Below, piece after piece: positions 17,146 through 27,360 of a DNA stretch of 64,000 nt (position 1 is the stretch's first letter; each line of letters opens with the position of its first letter). The translations under genes and the position numbers were made by a program. The notes beneath the pieces were generated by a model that was not told the DNA's origin, made no database searches, and was given only the letters and a program-made list of their open reading frames with translations. Source of the DNA: Candidatus Latescibacterota bacterium. Lineage in GTDB: Bacteria; Latescibacterota; UBA2968; UBA8231. Where the stretch lies: assembly GCA_965203175.1 (NCBI GenBank), contig OZ241867.1, positions 5,888,001-5,952,000 of the forward strand, in the 5' to 3' direction.

Positions 17146-18575
17146 AGCGGCGGGCCGTAGAGCAGCAAGGCCCGCGCCCACGAGCTGTGCGCTCGACCGA
17201 GCGACTGTGACAGATGCGGCTCACCGGCCCAGGCGGCCACCCGCTCGGCACGGCCCTGTCGCCCGTAGAACTGAAGAGCGATGGTCTTGCCGCGGTGCGT
17301 CAGGGGGCCAAGGTCAGTGAGGCGATCGTACGATTGTTCCATAAATCGCGCAACCTGCCCGGCGGCTGCGGCAAATCGCGCCTCCCCACTCCACTCGCCC
17401 AACTCCCACAGAGCCAATGCCGCCAAGGCTTGATCGACGAGCAGGCCGACACTGCCCTCGGTTTCTGAGTCGCAGACGTGCCGCACCCGACCACGATCGT
17501 CAATACAGCGGCTGACGAGCGCGTCGCCAGCTTGCAGGGCCACCTGAGCGGCGCGGTCGTCGCCTAGGGCGGTGGCAGCAGCTAGATAGGCTCGTATCAG
17601 GGCCGCTTGGCGGTCGGCGTAGAGCGTGGGGTCAGTCCACCAAGTGTCAGCCATGACTTGGCGGCCGCGAAACGCGCCCTCGGCTGCATCAAAGAGCGAG
17701 TCCTCGACAAAGCTAAGTATCGCCCTAGCCGACTCGGCGTAGCGGGGCTGGTCGGCCTCCAGTAACAGATGCAGCATGGCCGCCTGATCGAGGGCATCCC
17801 GCTCACTCGCAGGCGCACTCCAATCCGGCGCGTACGAATACGCCCGAAAACCACCACTGTCGCCGAGCGGCGAGGCAAGTACTGCGTCCAAGCTAGCCAA
17901 AGCCATCTGTCGAGCGGATGCTGTGCCCCGCGCCTCGGCATAGACGAGCAGGAAACGCAATACCGAAGTCTCGAGAAATTTAGTCGGGCCGCCGAAGCCG
18001 CCGTGGGCCGAGTCAAAGGCGGCCGTGCACGCGCGATAAACACCATCTATTGCAAAGGGTCTCTCAACCTTGGAACGAGTGGCCGCGCGCTGCACCTTGG
18101 CGACGATCACTGCGCGCTTTTCCTCGTAGGCCGTGCGCAACCGGCGCAAATAAGACTCGACGTTGGCTGGCGGAATATCCACGGCCCGCGCGAAAACCCG
18201 CCCGTTCGGCAGGGCCACTACTAGGGCCGGCCAACCACCACTGTCGTAGTGCTGTGCAATGTCCGGCCGCTTGAATGGATCGACCTGCACGCTGACGAAT
18301 TTCTCGGCGACCAGTTGACGCAACGCCGGCGTTGGCGCGGGAAACAGGCCTTCGCATCCCGGGGCGGCCAAATACACCAATATGGGATTATTTTCGCTTT
18401 GAGCGCGCGCGAACAAAGATTCATCCCAAGTGCCCCAAGGCATCTCGCCATCAGTCCACTGCCACTCGGCCAAAGTCGGCTGCTCGCTGCGGGCCACCTC
18501 TTGCGGCGGCTCTTCGGTGGCGGCACACCCAGCCAACACTAGCAGCGCCAGCAGCTTGGCCTTAGATTGACACAT
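17142..18575 (-). CDS. Lipoprotein of DUF255/YyaL type (thioredoxin-like plus alpha/alpha barrel)
   Basis: Lipobox LAGC; W...LFARAQSENNPILV, RPDIA, GGWP, FDSAHGGFGG.TKF. Start codon uncertain (18575 or 18590). Confidence 0.72.
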   Translation of the reverse strand: MCQSKAKLLALLVLAGCAATEEPPQEVARSEQPTLAEWQWTDGEMPWGTWDESLFARAQSENNPILVYLAAPGCEGLFPAPTPALRQLVAEKFVSVQVDPFKRPDIAQHYDSGGWPALVVALPNGRVFARAVDIPPANVESYLRRLRTAYEEKRAVIVAKVQRAATRSKVERPFAIDGVYRACTAAFDSAHGGFGGPTKFLETSVLRFLLVYAEARGTASARQMALASLDAVLASPLGDSGGFRAYSYAPDWSAPASERDALDQAAMLHLLLEADQPRYAESARAILSFVEDSLFDAAEGAFRGRQVMADTWWTDPTLYADRQAALIRAYLAAATALGDDRAAQVALQAGDALVSRCIDDRGRVRHVCDSETEGSVGLLVDQALAALALWELGEWSGEARFAAAAGQVARFMEQSYDRLTDLGPLTHRGKTIALQFYGRQGRAERVAAWAGEPHLSQSLGRAHSSWARALLLYGPPL

Positions 18576-18734
18576 CTCTTTTATATTCAATGAGTTCGGG
18601 GTTATTTACAAAGGCCGCTTAATGTACGGCATGCCTCTGTGAGCGTCAAGCAGGTCCCAAGGAGCGGGCTTTTTGTCTCGGGTAGTTTGGCCTATGTTTT
18701 GCTTTTTACATCTATAAAATATGAGGAGTACGCT

Positions 18735-19718
18735 ATGAATCCACTCGAAAAAGCCACCCTCGGCAGCAGCGGCCTGCGCGTCACGCGCCTCGGCTTGGGT
18801 TGCGCCTCCATCGGCGGCCTATACGGCGACATACCAGACGACCAAGCCGTCTCCGTCGTGCACTGCGCCTTGTCTCTGGGGCTGAACCTCTTAGACACTG
18901 CACCACTGTACGGGGCGGGCAAAAGCGAAATCCGCCTCGGGCAAGCCCTCGTGGGCGTGCCACGCGACAGCTATGTGCTCGCGTCCAAAGTAGGGCGCGT
19001 CTTGGTCCCCACCCAACAAGATCAACAGATCGGCGCGTTTGAGGACTCGGCCCCGTACCAACCCGTGTTCGACTTCAGTTACGACGGCGTCATGCGCTCC
19101 TTTGCAGACAGCCTCAAACGCCTAGGCGTAGATCGCATCGACATTCTCCACATCCACGACCCGGACAACCACTGGCAGGAAGCCATCGACGGAGCTTATC
19201 CCGCGCTCGATAAGCTGCGCGGCGAAGGCGTCATCCGCGCCGTCAGTGCGGGCATGAACCAATGGGAAATGCTGGCCCGCTTTGCCCGCGAGGGCGATTT
19301 CGACTGCTTCCTCCTCGCCGGACGCTACAGCTTGCTCGACCAAGGTGCACTCGACGAACTCTTGCCGCTGTGCGTGGAAAAAAACATCGGCATCATGGCC
19401 GGCGGCACGTACAACAGCGGCATCTTGGCCAAAGGCGCGCGCCCGGGCGCGACGTACAACTACCGAGAAGCGCCGCCCGAAATCGCGGCTAGGGCCAAGT
19501 CCCTAGAGGCCGTGGCCGCTCGCCACCAAGTCGATCTGCGGGCCGCGGCCTCGCAATTCGTCTTCGCCCATCCGGCCATCACCTGCATCATCCCCGGGAC
19601 GCGGCAACCCGAGCGAGTGCAAGAGAATTTCGACTTGCTCACGCAGGAGATTCCCGCCTCGTTTTGGGCCGAACTCCGCGACGAAGGCCTAGTCCGCGAC
19701 GACGCCCCGCTGCCGTGA
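18735..19718 (+). CDS. Aldo/keto reductase (D-threo-aldose/L-fucose dehydrogenase-like)
   Basis: DTAPLYGAGKSE, SKVGR, FDFSYDGV, IHDPD, LLAGRYSLLDQ. Confidence 0.88.
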   Translation: MNPLEKATLGSSGLRVTRLGLGCASIGGLYGDIPDDQAVSVVHCALSLGLNLLDTAPLYGAGKSEIRLGQALVGVPRDSYVLASKVGRVLVPTQQDQQIGAFEDSAPYQPVFDFSYDGVMRSFADSLKRLGVDRIDILHIHDPDNHWQEAIDGAYPALDKLRGEGVIRAVSAGMNQWEMLARFAREGDFDCFLLAGRYSLLDQGALDELLPLCVEKNIGIMAGGTYNSGILAKGARPGATYNYREAPPEIAARAKSLEAVAARHQVDLRAAASQFVFAHPAITCIIPGTRQPERVQENFDLLTQEIPASFWAELRDEGLVRDDAPLP

Positions 19719-19742
19719 GCTACTTGAGCAAGGGCAAAGGAC

Positions 19743-21368
19743 CTATTGCTTGAGAAAACGCAGCACATACGTCGGCACCACCGGGTCGTGCCACACCACC
19801 TGGAAGCGGCTTTCGTATTCCTTAATGGCCGGATACAGGTATTGTCCCGTCTGCGGAAAACCAAGACTTTCCAGCACGACGTAATCTACCTTTTCGCGCT
19901 CCATATGGGCCAGCACTTTTGCCGGTTCGTCAAAGGGGAAGCCGACGCAGCGCCGGCCCGAGACGATGTACATCCAGTAGCCCTTGCGGCACAGTACGAT
20001 GGCGTCTTCCGAGGCGTTGGCTTTGAGCCATTGACCAGCCTGATAGTAGCGGAGCCAAGGCGGGGGATAGTCAGCGGCAGCGTAATCGGCTAGGCGCTTG
20101 ATGCCGCCAATTTGACCGCTGACGCATACCAGAAAGCAGCCCCACACCACGAGCCTGCCGACATGACCTCCGGCCAGTCTGTCGCGAATTTGCAAAACGG
20201 CCCAGACTCCCAACAAGACGAGCATCGGCACAATAGGCACTAGAAAGCGATCCCCGGGCCAGGGCCACAGCAACACGATCCCTATGAAGAAGGCCGCGTA
20301 GAGTAGGAGCAGTAGGTGTTCGCCGCGCTTGATACAAAACACCGTCGCAGCGACAGCAAGCGCGATTAGCAACAAGGGCGCGGGATGGAAAATCGTCTCA
20401 GTGCCGTCAAAAAAAGGCACTAGCGTATTGGGCAATTCCCCCGTCAGATAGCGATATGCATGGCCGATAAAGCGCTCGACAAAGCCACCCACGTCGAGCA
20501 GGCCTCGCTCTGGGTGGTAGGGATTGACCATGAAAAACTGCTTGATATAGACGCTGCCGCCGCCTACCGCCTGGTTGCGCAATGTCCACGGCAGCCAGCA
20601 GACAAACGCCGCGCCGCTAAAGAGCAAACACCGCCGAAAATCGCGCCGAAGCAACAGATAGACCACCACAGCCGCCACCAGCGCGATCCCAACCGTGCGG
20701 ATGTAGTACGCCCAAATGGTGCAGGCGAATCCGCCGATGAGCCACCAGTTTCCCTTGAGACCCTCGCGCCCAACGCCCCGTTCGACAAGCCACAGTGCCA
20801 AAAGCGAAAAGGTCAGATAGGGCACTTCGGACATGACTTGGTGTGCGTAGTGCAGCAGCAGCGGGCCGTAGACTGCGCCGGTCGGCCCGTGCGTCAAATA
20901 GCTCTTGCCGAGCACAACGCTCAACGCTACCACTGCTAGGCCGGGCAAGACACCCACTCGCTCCTTGGCCAATTGGTAGAGCACCCCCATCCCCAATGCA
21001 AAGAGCACCAGCATCCAAACCTTCATCGGCACCCACTCGCCGGGAAAAGCCCACGCCAAAGGAGCCAGCAAAAGGGGAAAGCCAAAAGGGTACTTGGTCG
21101 CTGGCTTGGGGTCGGGCGCGTTGATGTGCAAAAGCCCCTCGCCTTGGGCCAGACTGCGCGCCAGGGTGATGAATTCGGCGTTGTCGCCGCTGAGGGAAAG
21201 TTTGGCGTCGAAGGTCCAGATCCCTAGGAGGAATGTCGCCGCGATGATAAAAAAGGGAACCCGAGGCGTTTCCAATAACCCGACTATGCGCGTGCCGATA
21301 TCCGCTTTGAGATCCTGCTGCTCAGATTTTTTAGGCACTGCTTTCTTTTTTCGGGAGGATGCCTTCAT
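19743..21368 (-). CDS. GT-C fold (ArnT/PMT-like) membrane glycosyltransferase
   Basis: GDNAEFITLA, YPFGFPLLLA, MSEVPY, RTVG, DRFLVP; many TM segments. Confidence 0.75.
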   Translation of the reverse strand: MKASSRKKKAVPKKSEQQDLKADIGTRIVGLLETPRVPFFIIAATFLLGIWTFDAKLSLSGDNAEFITLARSLAQGEGLLHINAPDPKPATKYPFGFPLLLAPLAWAFPGEWVPMKVWMLVLFALGMGVLYQLAKERVGVLPGLAVVALSVVLGKSYLTHGPTGAVYGPLLLHYAHQVMSEVPYLTFSLLALWLVERGVGREGLKGNWWLIGGFACTIWAYYIRTVGIALVAAVVVYLLLRRDFRRCLLFSGAAFVCWLPWTLRNQAVGGGSVYIKQFFMVNPYHPERGLLDVGGFVERFIGHAYRYLTGELPNTLVPFFDGTETIFHPAPLLLIALAVAATVFCIKRGEHLLLLLYAAFFIGIVLLWPWPGDRFLVPIVPMLVLLGVWAVLQIRDRLAGGHVGRLVVWGCFLVCVSGQIGGIKRLADYAAADYPPPWLRYYQAGQWLKANASEDAIVLCRKGYWMYIVSGRRCVGFPFDEPAKVLAHMEREKVDYVVLESLGFPQTGQYLYPAIKEYESRFQVVWHDPVVPTYVLRFLKQ

Positions 21369-21378
21369 GGATAAACAC

Positions 21379-22080
21379 TCACGAACTATCTACCCTGCGT
21401 CCGATTTTAAAGGGTATGAATAGTACGTAAAATAAAACGAGTGCCACGCCGTCGAGGATTGGGATATACCACGGCCACGGGGCAAAGAAAAACGGCGACT
21501 GGGTAACGGGCGGGCGGCTGAGGAACATATAGTTGCTCCCCAGCGCCCAATTGACGCCGAACGCGACAATAGCCAAAAGATTGAGCAGCGCGAAGGCGCG
21601 AAGTACGGACCTGGCCGTCGGTCGCATGCCGAGGCCCCAAGTTGCGAATAGCGCGCCGGCGACGATGCCGCCGTGCGCGATGAAATATTGAAAGAAGCGA
21701 TACGCTGGATAGTCAGCCACGAGCGGCGGCGTGACGACGGCATTGGTCGCGCCGGCAAGTCCCCAAAAGTAAGCGATTTCATACGCCGTCTGGCAGCGGA
21801 ATATGAGCGCGGCAGCGACGGCGAACACGGTAATGCTACAAACGTGCAACGGCAGGTACCACCGTGCGAACTCGTGCGGGCCGACCATCGCCAAGCGCTG
21901 TCCCCAGGGCAGGAGCTCGTTGAGTAGGAGCACGCCCGCGAATGCGCCGCAAACGGCTTGAGTCGCCTTTGCCGAATTGAGCCGCTTGACGACGATGGTC
22001 AAGAGGATCGGCAAGGCCAGCGTCACACCCATCGCGGTGATGTGGGGAAAGCCGAGAAACTCGAACTGGCTTGCAGACAT
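21379..22080 (-). CDS. YwaF/TIGR02206 family membrane protein
   Basis: LPLHVC, YFWG..GA..A..TP, YFIAHG, NYMFL..PP, PWPWY. Confidence 0.85.
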   Translation of the reverse strand: MSASQFEFLGFPHITAMGVTLALPILLTIVVKRLNSAKATQAVCGAFAGVLLLNELLPWGQRLAMVGPHEFARWYLPLHVCSITVFAVAAALIFRCQTAYEIAYFWGLAGATNAVVTPPLVADYPAYRFFQYFIAHGGIVAGALFATWGLGMRPTARSVLRAFALLNLLAIVAFGVNWALGSNYMFLSRPPVTQSPFFFAPWPWYIPILDGVALVLFYVLFIPFKIGRRVDSS

Positions 22081-22123
22081 CGCATCTCATCGCTTGCACT
22101 CGGGCAGATTGCAAAACCACTTT

Positions 22124-22927
22124 TCAGTACTTCTCATCGACAAAGTTCAACTTGCTGTGAGGCGGGCGCTGGTACTCGCCGTGGGATGGGCGCGGCGGCA
22201 GCTTGATCTTTTTCGGCATCACGTCCTCGTAGGACAGTTGCCTGAGAATGTGCGCAATGCAGTTGAGACGCGCCCGGCGCTTGTCGTCGGCCTCGACCGT
22301 GTACCAAGGCGCTTCGGGAATGTCCGTGTAGAAAAACGCCTCGTCTTTGGCCTTGGAGTACTCGACCCACATGTTCCGCGACTTGAGGTCTATGTCGCTG
22401 AGCTTCCAGTGCTTGAGCGGATTCCGGGCGCGCTCTTGAAAGCGGCTCTCTTGCTCTTCCTCGCTCACCGAGAGCCAATACTTGAGCAAGATGATCCCCG
22501 AGCGCACCAGCATGCGCTCGAACTCCGGGCACGAATGGAGGAATTCCCAATACTCCTCCTCGGTGCAAAAGCCCATCACCCGCTCGACGCCGCTGCGGTT
22601 GTACCAACTGCGGTCGAAAACCACAATCTCGCCCGCAGCCGGCAGGTGGGCTACGTAACGCTGGAAGTACCACTGGGTGCGCTCGCGGTCTGAGGGAGTA
22701 CCCAAGGCCACCACGCGCGCGCCACGCGGATTGAGCGGCTCGGTGATGCGCTTAATAGTCCCGCCTTTGCCGGCCGTGTCGCGTCCCTCAAAGACGATCA
22801 CAACCCGCAAACCCTGGTCCTTGATCCAGTGCTGCAACTTGACCAATTCGTGGTGCAGCTTGGCCAACTCGCGCTCGTAGTCTTTCCTCTTCATCTTCGC
22901 CGACTTGGAGGCTTTTTTAGTTTTCAT
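22124..22927 (-). CDS. ppk2: Polyphosphate kinase 2
   Basis: FEGRDTAGKGG, QWYFQRY, FDRSWYNR.GVERVMGF, DDKRRARLN. Confidence 0.96.
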   Translation of the reverse strand: MKTKKASKSAKMKRKDYERELAKLHHELVKLQHWIKDQGLRVVIVFEGRDTAGKGGTIKRITEPLNPRGARVVALGTPSDRERTQWYFQRYVAHLPAAGEIVVFDRSWYNRSGVERVMGFCTEEEYWEFLHSCPEFERMLVRSGIILLKYWLSVSEEEQESRFQERARNPLKHWKLSDIDLKSRNMWVEYSKAKDEAFFYTDIPEAPWYTVEADDKRRARLNCIAHILRQLSYEDVMPKKIKLPPRPSHGEYQRPPHSKLNFVDEKY

Positions 22928-23072
22928 CCCCAATCTCCATCGCTTGCAGTTCGCCGTTCAAAAAAACGTACACAAGGCCGCAGCGCGAGAAAAACCTGCC
23001 CCGCCTCATCTTGCTCGGCCCCAACCGGCCCTGTATCTTGTCGCGCACACTGCTTAACCAACAAGGACCATT

Positions 23073-24605
23073 ATGAGCCAAGCACCCCGCCCCAATCTAC
23101 TCTATATCCACTCCGACCAACACAGTCCCTACGTCTCCGGCTGTTATGGCGATCCATTAGTCGAGACCCCCCACCTCGACGCCCTCGCCGCGCGCGGCGT
23201 AGTGTTCGACAACACCTATTGCCCCTCGCCGATTTGTGTACCCTCGCGAATGTCCATGCTCTCGGGCCGCTACCCCTGCGACAACCAAGTCTGGACCAAC
23301 TCCCATATCCTCGACTCCAGCATCCCCACCTTCGCCCACGCCATGGGCGCGGGCGGCTACCGCCCTGTTCTCATCGGCCGCATGCACTCGGTTGGGCCAG
23401 ACCAACTGCACGGGTACGCGGAGCGGCTCGTCGGCGACCACGGCCCCAATCAACCTGGAGGCAAGGGCGTCGATCACGGCCAACTCGCAGGCACGGCCGG
23501 GCCGGGCCGCGTCAGCCTGCGCCTGTCTGGCCACGGCCAGAGCGCCTACCAAGTCCACGACGAAGACGTCACCGCCGCGACCGTTGACTACCTCAACCGC
23601 CTCGGCGTCGCCAAGCGCGCTGGCCAAGCAGCTGAGCCGTTTTCGCTCTCGGTCGGTTTCATGCTGCCGCACCAGCCTTTTGTCGCCCGCTTGCAAGATT
23701 ATCGCTACTACTACGAAAATATCACTCCCCCACAAACCCCCGAACCCTTCGGCGACCACCTCCATCCCCACATCAAGCGCTGGCGCCAAGCCTGCGAGAT
23801 CGAAGAAGTCGGCGAGGAAGAGACACGCCGCGCCCGCGCCGCCTATTGGGCGCTAGTCCACCGCATGGATGCGCTAATCGGCCAAATCGTCGCCGCGCTG
23901 CGGGAAAACGACTTGGAGGAAAATACCCTCATCCTCTATACATCGGACCACGGCGAGCAGGTCGGCGAGCATGGGCTGTGGTGGAAACAGACCTTTTACG
24001 AGGACTCGGTTAAAGTGCCGACCATACTCGCTTGGCCTGGGCGCTTGCCCACAGGCACCCGTTGCGACCGGGTGATTTCTTCGCTCGACCTCAACGCGAC
24101 CATGCTCGACGCCTTGGGCTGCCCAGCCCTGCCCAACTCGCGGGGCCGCAGCCTACTGCCCTTGCTCGCGGATCCCCAAAACACCGAGTGGGACGACATC
24201 GCCTTCTCCGAGTTTTGCCAAGACGCGGCCGGGGCCGGCGGGCCCTTCCCTGAAGTGGGCATTTTTCAGCGCATGATTCGGTGCGGGCCGTGGAAGCTCA
24301 ACTACTACCACGGCCAGCCCTGCCAGCTTTTTAACCTCCAAACCGATCCGCGCGAGTGCTGCGACCTAGCGGCCGACCCGGCGCACCAAGAAACATTGGC
24401 CGCGCTTAAAGCCGAAGTCCTAGACGGGTGGGACCCAGATTGGATCGCCGCACGTATGGCTGCACTTCGCACCGACCGGTCCATACTGGCCGCGTGGGGC
24501 CGCACCGTACAGCCCCCCGACCAGTGCCGCTGGAAACTCGATCCGGCCATGGATTACCTCGACCCAGAGCAACTCGACAACAGCCAGCGCAATACCAACA
24601 AATGA
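23073..24605 (+). CDS. Formylglycine-dependent sulfatase (choline-sulfatase-like)
   Basis: SDQH, CVPSR (CxPxR), GRMH, PHQP, SDHGE, KQTFYEDS. Confidence 0.92.
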   Translation: MSQAPRPNLLYIHSDQHSPYVSGCYGDPLVETPHLDALAARGVVFDNTYCPSPICVPSRMSMLSGRYPCDNQVWTNSHILDSSIPTFAHAMGAGGYRPVLIGRMHSVGPDQLHGYAERLVGDHGPNQPGGKGVDHGQLAGTAGPGRVSLRLSGHGQSAYQVHDEDVTAATVDYLNRLGVAKRAGQAAEPFSLSVGFMLPHQPFVARLQDYRYYYENITPPQTPEPFGDHLHPHIKRWRQACEIEEVGEEETRRARAAYWALVHRMDALIGQIVAALRENDLEENTLILYTSDHGEQVGEHGLWWKQTFYEDSVKVPTILAWPGRLPTGTRCDRVISSLDLNATMLDALGCPALPNSRGRSLLPLLADPQNTEWDDIAFSEFCQDAAGAGGPFPEVGIFQRMIRCGPWKLNYYHGQPCQLFNLQTDPRECCDLAADPAHQETLAALKAEVLDGWDPDWIAARMAALRTDRSILAAWGRTVQPPDQCRWKLDPAMDYLDPEQLDNSQRNTNK

Positions 24606-25267
24606 CTCAATAGGGCGGCTGGTGCTAAGACTGTCGGCAGCCAAACGTAGGGCGCGTACGTCGCAAACGTGCTAGCCGGCTCGTTGGTGAAGACGCGGAA
24701 TTCCGTCGGCATGGAGAGAACCGCGATGACGATCGCCTCGGCCAGTAGAACCAGCCCAACCGCATTCCAAGCCCATATCGCGTAAGATCCCATCTTGCCA
24801 CGCCAGACCAGCCAAGCCATGGCCGGTGCAGTCAAGCCGACGAAGATGTCGAAGTTGAGCCCTTCGTAGGTCATCTGCACCGGCGCTTGCCCGGCCTGGT
24901 ACATACCTCGTAAGACCATGGCGACCGGCACGCGGAAAAACTGGAAGCCAATTAGCCCGACCGGGCCGACCGCAACCATCAGCGCGGCCCCCATCCGCGA
25001 AAAGGCCAACCCACCCGTTAAAATCATCAAGCCCGTGAAGAAGGGTAGCGAGAAGCTCTGCAACACGTCCGAGAGCGAGGCCAGTCCGGTCGCCACCAAC
25101 CAGAGCACCGCGCCAGTAGCCGCCCGCATCGTCCACAGGTCGTCGGCCTGTCCTGCCCGCTGGACCGCGGCGCGCACGGCCATCACCAAGAGCGCCAAAA
25201 CGCCCAAGACCGTGGTGACAAACAGCACGTCAACGCGGAGGGGAACCTTGTCGAGTGCCAGTTCCAT
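24554..25267 (-). CDS. Hypothetical multi-pass membrane protein
   Basis: About 7 hydrophobic segments; GGAGG RBS; co-oriented directly after mazG. Confidence 0.75.
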   Translation of the reverse strand: MELALDKVPLRVDVLFVTTVLGVLALLVMAVRAAVQRAGQADDLWTMRAATGAVLWLVATGLASLSDVLQSFSLPFFTGLMILTGGLAFSRMGAALMVAVGPVGLIGFQFFRVPVAMVLRGMYQAGQAPVQMTYEGLNFDIFVGLTAPAMAWLVWRGKMGSYAIWAWNAVGLVLLAEAIVIAVLSMPTEFRVFTNEPASTFATYAPYVWLPTVLAPAALLSHLLVLRWLLSSCSGSR

Positions 25268-25276
25268 GTCGCCTCC

Positions 25277-26080
25277 TTATTTTTCGGCCTTTTCGCGCGC
25301 CTTCACCTCGTCCCATATCTCGTCCAGGGCCGCCAGTGAGAGCGCGGCTACTTCCTCGCCCCGTGCATGCACGGTTTCCTCTAGGGCGCGGAAGCGGCGC
25401 TCGAACTTGGCGATTGCCCGTCTGAGGGCCTGCTCGGGGTCTACTTTGAGGAATCGACTGGCGTTGACCAACGAGAAGAGCAAGTCGCCAAACTCCTCCT
25501 CGACTGCTGCGGCCTCACCCGCCTTCCAAGCCTTGCGCACTTCGGCGAATTCCTCTTCGACCTTGTCGAGGGTGCCATCAATGTCGTCCCAATCAAACCC
25601 CTGCTGTGAGACTCGAGCTTGGATCCGATGAGCGCGCATTAGGGCGGGAAGGTGCTTGGGGATGCCCTCCAACAACGAAGGCGCGGCTTCCCCTTGCTCC
25701 CGGCGCTCCTGCTTTTTGATCTGCTCCCAGCGAAGCAAAACCTCGTCGGCCCCATCCGCACTCGCATCGTCAAAGACGTGGGGATGGCGGCGAATCAGCT
25801 TATCGACGATGGCTTGGCCAACCGCCTCAATGTCGAAGCGGCCCTCTTCGGCCGCGATCTGGGCGTGGAACACCACTTGCAGCAACACATCGCCTAGCTC
25901 TTTGCATAGCTCGGCGTCGTCTTCCGCGTCAATGGCTTCGAGGGCCTCGTACGTCTCCTCCAACAAATAGGGCTTAAGCGTGGCGTGCGTCTGCTTGCGG
26001 TCCCAAGGGCAACCGCCGGGGCCGCGCAGACGCGCCATGATGGCAATTAATTCTGAGAACGTGGAATCGTTTTGCATCAC
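25277..26080 (-). CDS. mazG: Nucleoside triphosphate pyrophosphohydrolase MazG
   Basis: LRGPGGCPWD..QT, EETYE, ELGDVLLQVVFH, RRHPHVF, EEFGDLLF. Confidence 0.96.
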   Translation of the reverse strand: MMQNDSTFSELIAIMARLRGPGGCPWDRKQTHATLKPYLLEETYEALEAIDAEDDAELCKELGDVLLQVVFHAQIAAEEGRFDIEAVGQAIVDKLIRRHPHVFDDASADGADEVLLRWEQIKKQERREQGEAAPSLLEGIPKHLPALMRAHRIQARVSQQGFDWDDIDGTLDKVEEEFAEVRKAWKAGEAAAVEEEFGDLLFSLVNASRFLKVDPEQALRRAIAKFERRFRALEETVHARGEEVAALSLAALDEIWDEVKAREKAEK

Positions 26081-26153
26081 TTTTCGTTTCTAGATTTTGT
26101 ATGGAGAGAAACAATAATAAGGAACCGTGCCCCCCGCAGGTCTAAAAACCTTG

Positions 26154-26169
26154 TGGCGCAGAGTTTGCA
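26154..26169 (+). promoter_or_regulatory. Candidate sigma54 -24/-12 promoter
   Basis: TGGCGC-AGAGT-TTGCA with correct GG/GC spacing, in an AT-rich intergenic region, pointing toward parA and the sigma54 activator. Confidence 0.55.
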
Positions 26170-26253
26170 ACCGATTGTTAAAACATGCAACATATTTATT
26201 TTATACGACCTTATGTGTTTTTTGCACGGCTGTAACCAAATTGACACAAACCC

Positions 26254-26281
26254 TTGACAAGCCATTGCGCCGATTTATATT
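26254..26281 (+). promoter_or_regulatory. Candidate sigma70 promoter upstream of parA
   Basis: TTGACA-16 nt-TATATT; a second TTGACA lies at 26241. Confidence 0.55.
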
Positions 26282-26475
26282 GAATGCAGGCGGTGATTAG
26301 GGCCTTCTGTACAGCTCCCCTGAAGTACAGTTTTGGCGGCTCCTTCTATTTTGGGAGTGGTCAGTTGGCCCGCTTGATTTGTTGCTCATTAAATAGCCCG
26401 AAGTTGCTATTGGGGCATGGTCCAATTCTAGCTGGTTGAGCCTTTTTGCAGGCTTTCACGGGGCAAAATATCGGT

Positions 26476-27252
26476 ATGGGCAAAATCATCGCTATTGCCA
26501 ATCAAAAAGGTGGAGTGGGCAAGACCACTACAGCCGTCAACCTCGCCGCCTGTCTAGCCCTTTCCGGGCACCGAACCTTACTCATCGACTTAGATTCGCA
26601 GGCCAACGCCACTAGTGGCTGCAACGCCGAACTCGGCAGCGACTACGCCTCTACCTACGAGGTTTTGCTAGGCCAGCTTAGCACCTCTTCGGCAACCTTT
26701 CCCACTTATGTAAAGGATCTCTTCGTAGTGCCCGGGCACATCCGTCTTGCGGGTGCCGAAGTGGAGATGGCCGCCATGGTCGGGCGCGAGAAGCGGCTGG
26801 CCGAGGCCCTGCGCCCGGTAAAGGAGCAGTACGAATTTATACTCATCGATTGCCCGCCGTCTTTGGGCTTGCTGACGATCAACGCGCTGAGCGCAGCCGA
26901 TTCCGTACTCATCCCGGTGCAGTGCGAATATTATGCCTTAGAAGGCGTGAGCAATCTCAGCAAATCCATTCACGTGGTGCGGCGCTATCTCAACCCCACC
27001 CTCGAAATCGAGGGCGTTTTGCTCACCCTGTACGACGATCGCTTGCAGCTTTGCCGCCGCGTGGCCCAAGAAGTACGCAACCACTTCGGCGACAAGGTGT
27101 ATCAGACGATCATCAGCCGCAATATCAGCTTGGCCGAGGCCCCGGGCTTTAGCCAGCCCATCGTACTCTACGACGCGGAATCGAGAGGCTCCAACAACTA
27201 CAACAGTTTGGTTTCCGAAATCTGCGCTGATAGGCCCTCTGTCGTGGCCTGA
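26476..27252 (+). CDS. ParA/Soj family ATPase, no adjacent parB
   Basis: NQKGGVGKTTTAVN, DLDSQANAT, IDCPPSLG, PVQCEYYALEG, LAEAP. Confidence 0.93.
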   Translation: MGKIIAIANQKGGVGKTTTAVNLAACLALSGHRTLLIDLDSQANATSGCNAELGSDYASTYEVLLGQLSTSSATFPTYVKDLFVVPGHIRLAGAEVEMAAMVGREKRLAEALRPVKEQYEFILIDCPPSLGLLTINALSAADSVLIPVQCEYYALEGVSNLSKSIHVVRRYLNPTLEIEGVLLTLYDDRLQLCRRVAQEVRNHFGDKVYQTIISRNISLAEAPGFSQPIVLYDAESRGSNNYNSLVSEICADRPSVVA

Positions 27253-27287
27253 TCCTTCCTTCTGTTCCCCTTCTGTATTGATTGTCC

Positions 27288-27315
27288 TTGACAATCATTT
27301 GTATTCGCATATTAT
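27288..27315 (+). promoter_or_regulatory. Candidate sigma70 promoter of the sigma54 activator gene
   Basis: TTGACA-16 nt-TATTAT in an AT-rich spacer; GGAGG RBS at 27350. Confidence 0.45.
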
Positions 27316-27360
27316 ATCCACTTCTGCATTTAATATCCAAACAAAGAAGGGAGGTTGTCT

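Noticed and set aside
26081-26475. Possible oriC or parS beside parA
   Set aside because: No cluster of TTATCCACA DnaA boxes and no TGTTTCACGTGAAACA-like parS seen; no dnaA or parB nearby.
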